Positions 11,289 through 24,540 of a DNA stretch of 64,000 nucleotides are shown here, one piece after another. Origin of the DNA: Nageia nagi (taxonomy: Eukaryota; Plantae; Pinophyta). Location of the stretch: the NCBI GenBank assembly GCA_050084985.1, contig JBITNC010000001.1, forward strand, positions 81,406,001-81,470,000, written 5' to 3'. Position 1 is the stretch's first letter. Every line of letters starts with the position of its first letter. The translations under genes and the position numbers were made by a program. The notes under the pieces are model-generated. The model was not told the DNA's origin. It ran no database searches and worked only from the letters and a program-made list of their open reading frames with translations.

Positions 11289-14200
11289 TGAAAATTATTA
11301 ATCTCCATTTTCTTCCAGGCTTTATAATGCTTCAGGACTTCTTGGCATTGTCTTCTTCACTTTCGAGCACTATCTTCTTCAGGCCTTGACTCTTGCTGCT
11401 CCAAGAGTTACTTTCTAAGGGCATTATTGGTCACTTCAGGTGTCGGGTGTTATCTCCCCATCGAGCACTAACAGTCCTCAAAATCCTTGGGCATTGTTCC
11501 ATGTCTATTCTTTGAGCTCAATCTCTTCGCATAGGATTGAACGCTCACCTCTAGGATCTGCTCAACATTCAAGATTTGTCTCCATTATTACTCTGGGCTC
11601 TATCCCATCTTCATTCTCTAGGTGCTACCACTCTCTGGCACATATTCAAATTTTGGGTGATGTATGTACTATTTCTTACACCCGAGACTTACTATATCCG
11701 AGACTTATATCTGGGCCTTGCTTACTATCACACCTGGAACTTGTTGTACCTACCATTTTGGATGGATAATGTCACCATTTTAGACCATGTACCCTAAGTT
11801 TTCTTATGTAATGATATACCTCTTACTCTGAAACCCAGATTAACACTTTAAAAAAGTCATTATGAGGGATTTCTACCCTGGAATTAAATGTGCAACTATC
11901 GATAGTAATTTCTAAACATCGACATTAATGTTTTGTACAAAATGGTTGATCTACCTTCAACCATTTAATATTTTTCAAATGTTGTGCAGACAGAAACGGC
12001 ATGGGCTTCCTCTACCCTCTACAACATTCAATGTCATGAAGATATAAAGGTACCACATTCAATGTCATGAAGATATAAAGGGTATGGCCTTCTACAGAAT
12101 GCATGCATAGAGCCATTTTGTATTTAATTTTATATAATATAGATAACATATACATAAAAATGATGATGAATAGAAGAACAAAGAGTTGTTATGTTTTTTT
12201 TGGCTCCAAGAGAGAGCTATGTAAAGTTTTTTTACTTCTTTGCAATACAATACTAAAATTTGTGGTCTCCAATTTTATTATCATTATTTTTATTCCAACT
12301 ATGGTTAGCCTTACTTTGTTCTGGTTCTACACATTATTATTTATTTTTATTCAAAATCTTTAATTAGTATCAGAGCAGGACATTTATTAAGTTAAATGGA
12401 TTCAAAGCTAGAAAATTCATTGCAGTTGCAAATTCCCAGTTTCAATGGAGACCATTACGAGTACTAGTGCATACGAATATGGACATTTCTTATCTCTTAA
12501 GACCTATGGAAATTTGTTTCCTAAGGTTTAACTCACTTAGATAAAGTCACCTTTGTATCCATGACTATAATGAGAAGGAAGAAGTGTTGAAGAACCATAA
12601 GAAGGATGCTAAGGCATTGTTTATCATCTAATCTAGGATAGATATGTCCATCTTCCCCAAAATTGCAAAGTGTAAGACTTCTAAGGAAGCATGGAAGATC
12701 TTGGAGACCACATATAAAGGATTAGCCAAGGTCAGAGTGGCAAAACTCTAGATGTTAAGGAAGGAGTTTGAATCTCTTCATATGAGAGAGGAAGAGAATA
12801 TAAGTGTCTTCTTTTCCAAGATCCAAGATCTTGTAAATGCCCTCCATCCATACAATGAAGAGATGGGAGACACCAAAATTATGGAAAAGGTGCTTTGAAG
12901 CTTACCTAGAAGGTTTGACCCCATTACCACTGCCATGGAAGAAGCAAAGGACCTATCCCAACTCATGCTTATGGAGTTATAGGGTAGTCTAACTATCTAT
13001 AAATATAAAATTAGTGATAGAGTTGAGTATTTGGACCAAGCCTTCCAAGGATAGTTGAAAATGAAGGGCTAAGAGCCCTCTACATCAACTCCTAGTTCTT
13101 CTTCTTCATCCTCTCATGTAAGAGGTGGATCATCATGTGGAAGAAGTGATGGTTGAGGCATAGGCAAAAGAGATCATTCTAGGGAAAGTTCACAAGATGA
13201 CACCCCTAGATATTGTGATTTCTATAACAAATATGGTCACATAGAATCATATTATTGGAAGAAGAATTCCAACCATAAAGCTTAGTATGTCAAAGATCAG
13301 GCTGACGACAACATATTCCTCACATGTAGCAGTTTCCAAGCTGACAAATAAGATGTATGGTACCTATCTAGTGGATGATCTAAACACATGACTAGAAACA
13401 AAGCCTTGTTTCTTAAGATTAACACCAATGTCATAGGCTAGGTTAGGTTTGGTGACAACAAAACTGCCAACATCCATGGTAGAGGAACTATTACCTTTAA
13501 GTCTAAAGTTGGTAAGATATTTTATATGTATAGCACTCTCTTTGTTCCTTGCCTTAAGCACAATCTCTTAAGTATTGACTAGTTTAGTATAAGGGGATAC
13601 ATAACCACCTTCAAAAAGGAAGGGTGCACCATAGTAAAAGAGGCCACTAACTAGCTTATAACCACCATCCATATGACTAAAAATAGGATGTATATGCTTA
13701 GGATGACACCTATAGCAAGTTATTTAAAAGCATCCATTGATTCTACCTCATTATGGCATAAGATATTTTATCATTTAAATTTTCACTTATTAAATGTTTT
13801 GCATAAATTGGTGAGAGGCCTTCCTACCATCTCTCGTACACCTAGGAGGTTTGTGAAAGTGATGTTGCAAGTAAGCAACATAAAGTGAAGTTTCCAAAGC
13901 ACCAATATAGGGCTAATTACCCTCTTTAGCTAGTGCATGCAGACCTGTGTGGACCAATACAAACTCCTAGCTAAGATGATAAGTCAAGATATATGCTTAT
14001 CTTTACTGATGTATTTTCTAAAATGAGTTGGCTTTATTTACTGCAAAACAAGTCTGACTCTTTTGAAAGTTTTGTTAAATTCAAATCTCTTGTTGAAAAA
14101 TAATACAACTATTTTATTAAGAAGTTCAAAATTGATAGAGGAGGAGAATTCACTTCTAATGAATTTAATAACTTCTACCATTATCATGGAATTGTTAAGT

Positions 14201-17200
14201 AGTATACAACTACCTACACTCCACATTAGAATGGAGTGGATGAAAAGAAAAATCAAATAGTAGTTGAAATGGCTAGATGCATGATAAAAGAAAAGGGTCT
14301 TCCCATTAGTTTTCGGGGTGAACCAATGCATACTACTATTTATATTCTAAATAGGTATCCCACTAAAGTTTTGAAGGACACCATCCCTTATGAAGCTTGG
14401 TTTGGTGTACAGCCAAATATTTCTCATCTCTGGATATTTGGCTCAACTTATTTTTTGCATGTGCCAAAAGAAAATAGGAAGAAGATTGATGAGAAATACA
14501 TCAAATGCATTTTAGTAGGATACTTTGAAGCATCTAAGGCCTATATGTGTTATAATCCACTAAGTGGCAAGATTCACATCAAAGACACCATTACTAAATT
14601 CTAACTTGATGAAGAACAATACTGCACCTCCTCTTCCTCAATCTTCATCACCATCTTCACTAGCCACCATCTCACCATAGCAAGCATAGCCAAACTAATC
14701 TCCTGGTACTCATACTCCACCAACCAAAAATAAGTGGACAAGTGACCACTATCATCCTCCATCATTGATGTTGAATAAAGAACTCAATAAAAAAATGACC
14801 CGATCACAAACTAGAGCTAGAAATCAAGAGGTAAATATATCTTATGCATTAATATATTCATTTTTTGAGCCCTACTCATATACTAAAGTTGTTTCCATTG
14901 AGGATTAGAAGAAATCCATGGAGGATGAGATTGAGCAAATCCATAAGAATGACATATAGGATCTTATGCCTTCTCCCAAATATAAAAAGGTAATTGGTGT
15001 TAAGTGCATTTATAGATTAAAGCATAATCTTGATGGGAGTATTGCAAAGCATAAAGTTCATTTAGTTGCTAAAGGATATGCTCAAAAGGAAGGGCTAGAT
15101 TATGATGAGATTTTTTCTCTGGTGACCTAGCTAGAAACTGTGAGGTTTGTGCTTGCACTTGCCTCTCATTTTGGATTGATAGTCTATTAGATGGATGTCA
15201 AATCCACTTTCCTTAGTGGATATTTGAAGGAGGTTATTTATGTTAAGCATATTGAAGGATTTATTATTCTTGATCAAGTAGATAATGTGTATAAACTAAA
15301 AAGGGGCTCTCTATGGCCTTAAACAAGCACCCTAGGAATGGTATGCCCATAGTGATGATTACCTTCAAAAAATTATATGCTTAGTAGAAAGCACAATGTA
15401 CACAAAATTTAAAGGTAACAACTTCTTTATTCTCTACTTGTATGTTGATAATATTATTTTTACTAGCACCTCTAATGATATGATAGATCAATTTAAGAAT
15501 GTTATGATCAGTGAATTTGAGATGAGGGATCTTGGGGAGATGAATTATTTTCTTGGCACACAATTCAAGAAATCCTCCAGTGGCATTTTGATCACTTAGT
15601 AGAAATATGTGGAAGATCTACTAGCCCACTTTAATATGCAAAATTGCATCCCTAATGATACACCAATTGTTATCGAAGCTAAGCTATTGAAGGAGGAATC
15701 CTCTCCACATGTTGATACCACTATGTATCAATCCTTGATAGGTAGCCTCATGTATCTCATTGCTAACAATTTGTACATCATGGTTGCTATCAAAAAAGTA
15801 GCCCAATTCATGTACTCATCACATTAGACATATTAGATTGCAGCTAAGTGGATCTTGCACTATGTGAGTGGCACACATCGATATGGGCTCTAGTATAAAT
15901 CATCAAACTAGGAAATGTTATAGGCATATATAGATTTTGATTGGGTTGGATGTCTTGATGATCAAAAGAGCACGTTAAGGTATAGATTCTTCTTTGAAGA
16001 ATCCTTGGTCTCATGGAACAACAAGAAGAAACCCATTGGTGCACTTTTATTAGTAGAAGCTGAGTATATTATTGCCTCTACCACTTGCACACAAACCATT
16101 TGGCTTGACTATTTATTTCAAGATGTGGGTATGGATATTAAGCTCCCCATTTCAATGTAATGTGATAATCTCAACATAATTGCCATGACAAAGAACCCCA
16201 TGTTTCATAGTAGGAAAAAGCACATTGATATACATCATCACTTTATGAGAGATCTGGTTGAAGATGACTTTATCTAGTTTCATCATTATCCTACTGATGC
16301 TCAAATTTCAAACATATTTACAAATCCACTTCCTAGGGATCATTTTTGCTACCTTCAAAGCAACTTGGAGTCCATACCTTAGAAATTCAAGGAGTGAATG
16401 TTGGTGAATCTTGACTAGCATAGGGTATTAGTTAGACTTTATATTTATTGCATATGTATTTAACTTTATTTTCTTTGTTGTTATATTTTTTGGCCAATTG
16501 AGGAAGTGTTCTCATTTTATCGTGGAGATTAAGAGGGTAATTGAAAATTATTAATCTCCATTTTCTTCCAGCTTTATAATGCTCTAGTACTTCCTATAAT
16601 TATCTTCTTCATTTTTGGGCACTATCTTCTTTACGATTTGACTCTTTGTGCTCTAGGAGTTTCTTTTTATGAGCATTATTGGTCACTCTGGGTGCTAGGT
16701 TTTATCTCCCCTCTAGGCACTTACAGTCCTCAAAATCCCCAAGCACTATTCCATGTTTGTTCTTTAAGCTCTATCACTTTGCATAGGACTAAACACTCAC
16801 CTTCGAGATCTGCTCAACATTTGGGCTTTATCTCCATTATCACTATGGGCTCTATCCCATAATCATTCTCTAGGTGCTAACACTCTCTAGGACATCTTTA
16901 GATTTTGGGAGATGTATGTACTATTTCCTGCACTTGGGACTTAATATATCCAAGACATATATCTAGGCCTTGCCTACTATCACATCTGAGACTTGTTGTA
17001 CCCACCATTTTAGATGGATAACGTAACCATTTTAGACCTCGAACCATAGGTATTCTTACACAATAATGACCCCCTTGCTCTGGAACCTAAATTAACACTC
17101 TAGAAAAGTCATTTTGAGGGATTTCTACCCTATAATTAAACACTTAAACATTGATAATAATTTTTGAAGATTGAAATTAATTTTTTGTACAAAATGATTA

Positions 17201-17639
17201 ATCTACCTTCAACCATTTAATATTTTTTAGATGTCATGTAGATAGAAATGATATGGGCTTCCTCTACCTTCTACAACATTCAATGTCATGCAAACATAAA
17301 GGGTATGACCTTCTATAGAATGGACAACAGAATGTGTGCATAGAGCCATTTTGTATTAAATTTTATATTTGACCAAGTAGCAAGCATATAATGTTTTTAT
17401 CTTAGTATATAATATAGATAGCATATACATAAAAATGATGATGAAAAGAAGAATAGAAAGTTGTCTTGCTATTTTATTTGGCTCCAAGAGAGAGCCATGT
17501 AAATTATTTTTTACTTCTCTGTAATACAATACTAAAATTTATGCTCTCCAATTTTATTCTCACTATTTTTATTCCACCTATGGTCAACCTTTATGTTTTG
17601 GCTCTACATGTTATTATTTATTTTTCTTCAAAATCTTTA
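11289..17639 (+). mobile_element. Ty1/copia LTR retrotransposon 1, full length, decayed
   Basis: LTRs 11289-12362 and 16542-17639; perfect TSD AGAAT; PBS TAGTATCAGAGC (tRNA-iMet type) at 12365-12376; PPT just before 16542. Confidence 0.95.
12396..16370 (+). pseudogene. Copia 1 gag-pol (gag, protease, integrase, RT, RNase H), many stops and frameshifts
   Basis: FNGDHYEY; LVHADLCGP; KFKIDRGGEF; NGVDEKKNQIVVEMARCM; LYVDNIIF; YQSLIGSLMYL; KNPMFHSRKKHIDIHHHF. Confidence 0.95.
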
Positions 17640-19929
17640 AGAATATCATAAGTTAGACCACAAGTAGTTTGAGAGTGGATGATAAGATTACAAGCAATTT
17701 GGAAGTGTTAGAATATGAATGCATGTAGTCTAGTAAAGTGGGCCAAACATGATAAAATAAAGGTGATTAGGAAATGTTTAATAAGGTGTTCAAAATCAAT
17801 ATTTTTAACCAAAAATAATTTATATAATGCAAGCAATAAGCCCCAAAAATTAGCAATACAATAATAATGAAAGACAACATAATAATAATACAATCTTAGA
17901 GGTTTTTTTTATACTATTATATATTTTTTTCTACAATCCTATTTACCATTTTGGTCACTCATAGATAATAATATCAAATTATAATTAAATAATAATATTG
18001 TAAAAGTAACATATACAATATGAGTGTGTATAAAAGCACACATTATGTCCCACTTAGAATGTTGACTTATTTTTAAATGTTGTTAAGCTTTCATGATGTT
18101 TTGTAACTCCTATATATCTCTTTATATTTGTCAAAATCTTCATGTGAATTTCTATTTAAATTATCATAATTTATTTATTTATTTCTTACCATCAATATTT
18201 CCCAATATGCTCCCCTTTGATACTAAGTAGTGTTTGAACAAAATTATAGTACAAGGTCTTCACAATTTCATCCAAATATATTATTCAACTTGAAACTATC
18301 CCTCATATTTGATTTCAAATATAATATACTCTTCAATGTTGCACTAACTAGTCCAAGGTTTCCATTTTCAAAGATTGTATGCAACCAATAATTGTTTTTG
18401 GTCCAATGTGTGATGAGCTAAAATATATCATTTTTGAGAACCAGTATTCCCAAAATATATGTGAAGATAACTATCTCCACCACTCCTCTTGATATTTACA
18501 TCTTCTTCCACACTCATAGAAGGATCAACATAAGCATAGAAGTTTGTCTTATGATTCAAATGCAATTTATTTTTTAAAAATTTATATATCCAAAGTATGA
18601 TAGAGCAATTATCAATTCCTTCAAACTAGTTTTCTTTCATAAAATAATACTCCCTCCATATTAATGAAATTTAATGTTTAGCTTTGAATTCCCTTTTTGG
18701 TTGCATCTTTCATACATGCACATCTCCTCCAATGAAAACTATGCGATGAATTGATTCTTCACCTACTATCATTTATTTTCATTTGCAAGGGTGTAATTGA
18801 TATTTAATGTTCATAGTTTGATCATATCTTCCTTGTATGGATGAACATGATTTCATCCATCCATTTTTGATATATTTCATTTATGTTTTCCTAATTCTTT
18901 GAGCAAAATATGAGCCGTTAGATTTCTTGGAGTCTTGAATACTCCACCTTTTGTATTTAGAAATAGGACTTAGTTATCCTTTGTAAAATAATAGAGAAAA
19001 GATTATTATAATAGTATGTTACCATTTCAACTACTCATAATAAAAAATATTTTTTTCCTCTATAATTCTTTATTTTCACTCTTTTTATGCAGTTGAGTGA
19101 TTTTGTATGACTCAACACCTTCATGTAGGTGTCTTAAAGTTGAATTGAGGTATTTCTTACTATTAAGTTCACATTTTAGCTCCTAGATATTAGTTAGATT
19201 TTTATTTTGTGCTTTCAATAGTGATATATCTTACCTTATTTTAGGTATCAAGCAAGTCTAAAGAGTTAAGTCTTTGACTTAGTTCTTTAGTCTTATGATT
19301 TCTATTACTATAATAATATCCAAACCATATTTCCCTCTTTGCATATATTTGAATCAATATTTCATGTCCTTTAGAACATTTTTGGACCTCCATCTTCAAG
19401 ATAAAACATATTTCATGCTTCCTAAGAGCTTTTCTCACTTGCCAAATGTATTTTGGTGCTTTATCTTATTGCCTAATATTTAGTGCCTCTGCGAGATTTT
19501 GGTGATATCATTTATCTTACCACTCAAAACTTAATGCATTTCTTGTAATGCCTTGCTCTGATAATCCTTTTTAATGCCATATTGCAATAATATATTTGCT
19601 GACATCATCCTTACAAAAGAGCAATATTTCCTTATTTTCTTCTAACACTGCATTGTAAATACCTTTCTATTGATCTCATCATCTCAAAAGTATGATATTC
19701 CATTTTTTTTCTTTTTCCCACATCAAGATAAAGCTTTTGCTAATATCACAAATCACAAAGTATGGTAATCTAACTTTTACACTATTTATGATCATGATAA
19801 ATCCATTCTTTTGTACAACAAATTTTTTTATCATAGCTACTTCAAATTTGACCATTGTAATACTTTTGTTAATCATAAAATCTTAAATTCTTCAATTGGT
19901 ATTAGAGCTATACAATTTATTAGATTAAA

Positions 19930-22900
19930 ATGAATTTAAAGAATGGAAATTCCTCTTAATTTTTTATCCCTATGTTCAATGGTGAACATTTTAAATATTG
20001 GAGCATTAGAATGATAACATTTTTTTATCTCTCAAGACCTATGGACTCATGTCTCTTAGGTTTACATAGAAGTAGATGTAGTAGTATTTGCACTATTATT
20101 AGTAGATGAGAAAAAGGAGATTTTGCACACCCAAGAGAAAGATGTCAAAGCTTTTTTTACATTACAAAGCGAGATAAATATTTTAATCTTCCCTAGGATA
20201 GCAAAATGCAAAGTTTCAAAGGATAATTGGGATACTCTTAAAAGGTCTTATACTTGAGCTCTAGCAAGGTTAGAATAGCCAAGCTATAAATGCTTCAAAG
20301 ATACTTTGAATATGGGTGGGTACAAGAAGTTGGGTCCACTTTAAGGTCAAAAAGTGGAAGTGTTTTCCTTGATTTTAAAATTTAGGTATGATTGATCTTA
20401 AAAATTAAAGTACTTTGACATGGAATCATGAAAAAGATCACAAGTGAAAATGTAGTGCTTAGAGTCTAGTTTTCAAATATATAATTTGTCCCAATACCTA
20501 TATCATAGAATTTAAAATTCGATAGATGAACAAAAACTACTTGTTTAAAAAAACCATTTTTGGACCATACAATACACGTGTTCATCCACCATAATTTGAC
20601 TAAAATTAAGGTATTTTTTAAAATCCTTTTAGGAGAAGATACCTAACACATTAGAGCTTTTCTTAGATATTCTCCATAATTTTTGAATTAATATTTTTTT
20701 ATTAATTTTGTACCTGGCATGTTTATGGTTTCAAAAAGTGCTTGTGTCTATCCACCATAATTTGATCTAACCTTAATATTTTTTCAATTTTTTTATTCTT
20801 ATAAATAATTCTATAAAGCTTGTCCCTATATAATTTGTTTTTCATAACTCCACCCAAAAAAAAAACTTATTAAGAAAATACAAGATGCTCATATTTGAAG
20901 TATATGGACCACTTTTACTAAAAAATAATTAAAAAATATAAAATCTTATCCACTTGTAAAATAAATTACATATTTAAAATATACACTCTTTAATATATAA
21001 TGGGTTTTAATTTCTTGAAAAAATTCTTACAAAAATTCCATCAAACATATGCCTGAAGTTGAGATTTTCCATTAAAATTACCATGAACATATACTTGCAA
21101 GTCCAAGGCTAAGTGTTGGCTCACCAAGCCTTTTTTGAGCCTAAATCTAAGGTGAAATCATAGATTCAAATATCAAGATATTGATATTAATAAGTTAAAA
21201 TCAAGATCCTGATTTAGGTTTGGGATCCCAATATTGGTACATATTTTAGCTTTAAATATCGAGATCCTAATATTTATTGGGATCTTGAACCTAAATTGGG
21301 ATCTCAATTTTAATGTATTAAAATGAGGATCTTGATTTTTTTCACATTGAATTTTTACTTTTCCAATTTTCACCACTTCTCTTTTAAGTGGACCCAACTT
21401 CATGCTTTCAGCCATATCTTAAAATGATCGATGGAAAGATAATTAAGGTTTTCATGAATAGAGTTTAGAACTTAGTCAGTGTCTTTCATTATCATGGTGA
21501 GGATGTTAATGACACACATATTTTTAAAAAGATTCTTAGAAACCTTCCTCTATGGTTTGATCCTATTACCATTTCAATAGAAGGTTTTAAGGACTTGTCT
21601 CAGTTCACTCTTATTGAGTTTCTTGGATGATTACAAACCTATGAGAAAAGAATCAAAGATAGGTTTAAGGACCTTGATAAAGAATTCCAAGAAAAACTTT
21701 GAATTAATGACCAACCTTCTACTTCCTCTAGTTTAAATTATTTTGGAGGTCATGGAAGAGGTCATGGTGGATAAGACTATGGATGAGGCATTCATGGTAG
21801 AGAAAGAGGTTGATTAGCCAATGATAGCAAAATATCATACTCGAAACATTATGATTTATATGGAAAAAATGGTTGCAATGAAAAAAAATATTTCCAAAAT
21901 CAAAATAAATAACCTAAAGCCAACTTTATTAAAGATTACAAAAATGATATCAACCTATTTTTGATGTACAATAACTTTCAAGCTATTGATGATCATATTT
22001 GGTATTTGGACAGTTGTTATTCTAATCATATGAATAAAGGATAATGTCACTAAGAAAGTTAGGTTTGGTGATAACAACCAAGTTGGTATTAATGATAGAC
22101 ATTCTATTTGTTTCAAAGAAAAGATTGCTAAGATCATGCATATGCATTATAATCGATGTATTATGGGATTGAAGCATAATCTCTTGAGCATTGATCAAAT
22201 GTTCTTGAAAAACTAAATGCTAGTTTTCAAAAAGATGAGTTACACCATAAAAAATGAGACCAATCACAAAGTAATCACCACTATTATCATGACTAAGAAT
22301 AGAATTTATATTCTTAATATACCACTAGTATCTATCAAATGCTTGAAGATAACCCTTTACCTAGAATGGTTATGGCATAAGTAGTTCATCCATGTCAACT
22401 TTAACTACTTATGGGGAATGCACAAGCTCATGGGAGGTCTATCAATCTTCTCAAATCCATCATACACTATGTGTGAGAGTTGAATTTTTTGAAAATATTA
22501 CTATGATAAATTTCCCACCCACCCACATCATACCATGTCACCTCTAGAATTAGTGCATGTGAACTTTTACATTTTTATGCAAACTCCTAAGAGATTATTC
22601 TCACATGCGTTACTTATACTTGTTGTAGGATAAATATAATGATTTTAACTATTTCATCTAGTTTAAAGCATTGGTTGATACCTAATCAAATTATGTAGGA
22701 TACTCTAATGATTACAAAACCTACAGATGTTAGGATCTAGTCTTTAGTAAGATGGACATCATGCGAGATATGACTATCAATGAAGGGGGTGCATATTCAA
22801 GGGACTCAAATGCATCCAACATCATTACAAAGTTTTAAGACTCTAGTTATGGTAAGTTGATTGATCCAACACAACCTTCCCACCTATATTTTCCCAAGAC

Positions 22901-24540
22901 TCTAGTAGCCCCTACTACATCTAAGATGAGTCTTACATGGGATCATCCATAGTTTTAGATGTAACCTAACAAAAATCAAGGGGTGTAATCAAATAACTAA
23001 CTATACCTTGATTTCCTCATCCCTCTTTAAGCCCTCCAGCTTTAAAGAAGTGATGACCAATGAATATTGGAAAGTGGTAATGGAATATGATATAGATAAA
23101 ATCTAGAAGAATGAATCTTACAATCTTATCCCTCCTCCAAAGAATAATAATATCATTGGAGTAAAATGGATTTACAAGCTAAATAATAATGTTTATGGAA
23201 ACATTGAAAACATAAAGCCAAATTGGTTGCTAAGGTTTATATCCAAAAACAAGGTCTAGACTATAAAGATATATTTTCTTTGGTTTCCCTCCTTAAAATA
23301 GTCCACTTTCTTCTTGCTTTAACTTCCCATTTTGTTCTAACAATCTACCAAATGGATGTCAAGTCTATCTTCTTGAATGGACACTTGGAACAAGAATTTT
23401 ATGTGAATTAGCACCAAGGATTCAACATTTTTAGTCATGAAAATAAAATTTATATGCTCAAGAAAGATATTTATGGGCTAAAGGAAGCCCCATATGCTTA
23501 GTATTCCTAGATTGACACTTACTTCCATTAGAATGGTTATTAATGGTGTTCTATAGAATCCACATTATACACAAAGATATATAGGTTTGACTATATCATC
23601 ATTTATATATATGTTGATGATATTATTTTTATGAGATCCTCTTCTTCCATGCTCTAGTACTTTAAGATTATAATGGTTAATGAGTTTGAGATGAGTGATA
23701 TGGGTGATGTGTAGTATTTTTTGGGTATATAAGATAAATAGTCATACAACACCATATTCATCACTCAAACTAAATATATTGATGATCTATTTTCCATATT
23801 CTTAATAAAATATTGTAAACCTATTGATACCCCAACTATTGTAGCTTGTAAATTGATGAAAGAGGATTATACTCATCTGATAAATAAAATCTTGTATAAC
23901 TCACTTGTTAGTAGTTTGATGTATCTCATAACTACTTGACCTAATATAATATTTGTAGGTAGTCTTGTAGCCATATTTATTCATTCTCTTCATGGATCCC
24001 ATTGGAAAGAAACCAAAAGGATACTCTAGTACATGTCTAAGACCAAGTCTTTTGGAACGTAGTATAAGTCTCCTAACTTTGAGAATCTAAAAGAATATAT
24101 AGATTTTGATTGGGTTAGAAGCCTAGATGAAAGGAAGAGCACCTTATGGTATGCCTTATTCTTTAACAAATCCCTCATCTCATAGATCATGAAGAAGAAA
24201 CAAATAGTTTCCCTTTTCAATCTAGAAGTAGAATATATGGTTTCCTCATTTACTTGCATATAATCCATTTAGATGGCTTAGTTTTTTGAGGATTTGGGTA
24301 TGGAACTTCTCCATCCCATTCCCATCCACTATGAAAACACCAAAACCATTACAATGATAAAGAATCTAATATTTCATAACAAGAGCAAGCACATAGATAT
24401 ATGTTACCATTTTATACGAGACTTGGTGAATGATAGATTCCTTAAATTCATGTTTTATCCTAATAATGACCAACTAACATATATATTCACCAAATAATTT
24501 TTGAAGGATCAATTACTTATTATTAAAAATCATATTGTAA
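19930..24540 (+). pseudogene. Copia 2 gag-pol remnant, interrupted at 20314-21413
   Basis: FNGEHFKYWSIRM; WYLDSCYSNHM; YQMDVKSIFLNG; YVDDIIF; FHNKSKHIDICYHFIRDLV. Sequence jumps from FKALVD (~22670) to VGYSNDYKTYRC (~22700), skipping the D35E region. Confidence 0.9.
20314..21413. mobile_element. Non-autonomous TIR DNA transposon (1.1 kb) inserted in copia 2 gag
   Basis: TIRs gggtgggtacaagaagttgggtccactt / rc ggctgaaagcatgaagttgggtccactt (16-bp identical core); flanked by ATAT on both sides; removal restores gag TTT GAA TAT CTT AAA ATG. Confidence 0.9.

Noticed and set aside
11290-11800. ORFs within the copia 1 LTR on either strand
   Set aside because: Not kept open in the sister LTR (16542 onward) and no recognisable domain.
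18646-18662. tactccctcc as a Stowaway MITE terminus
   Set aside because: Only a 10-bp match, with no partner TIR found.
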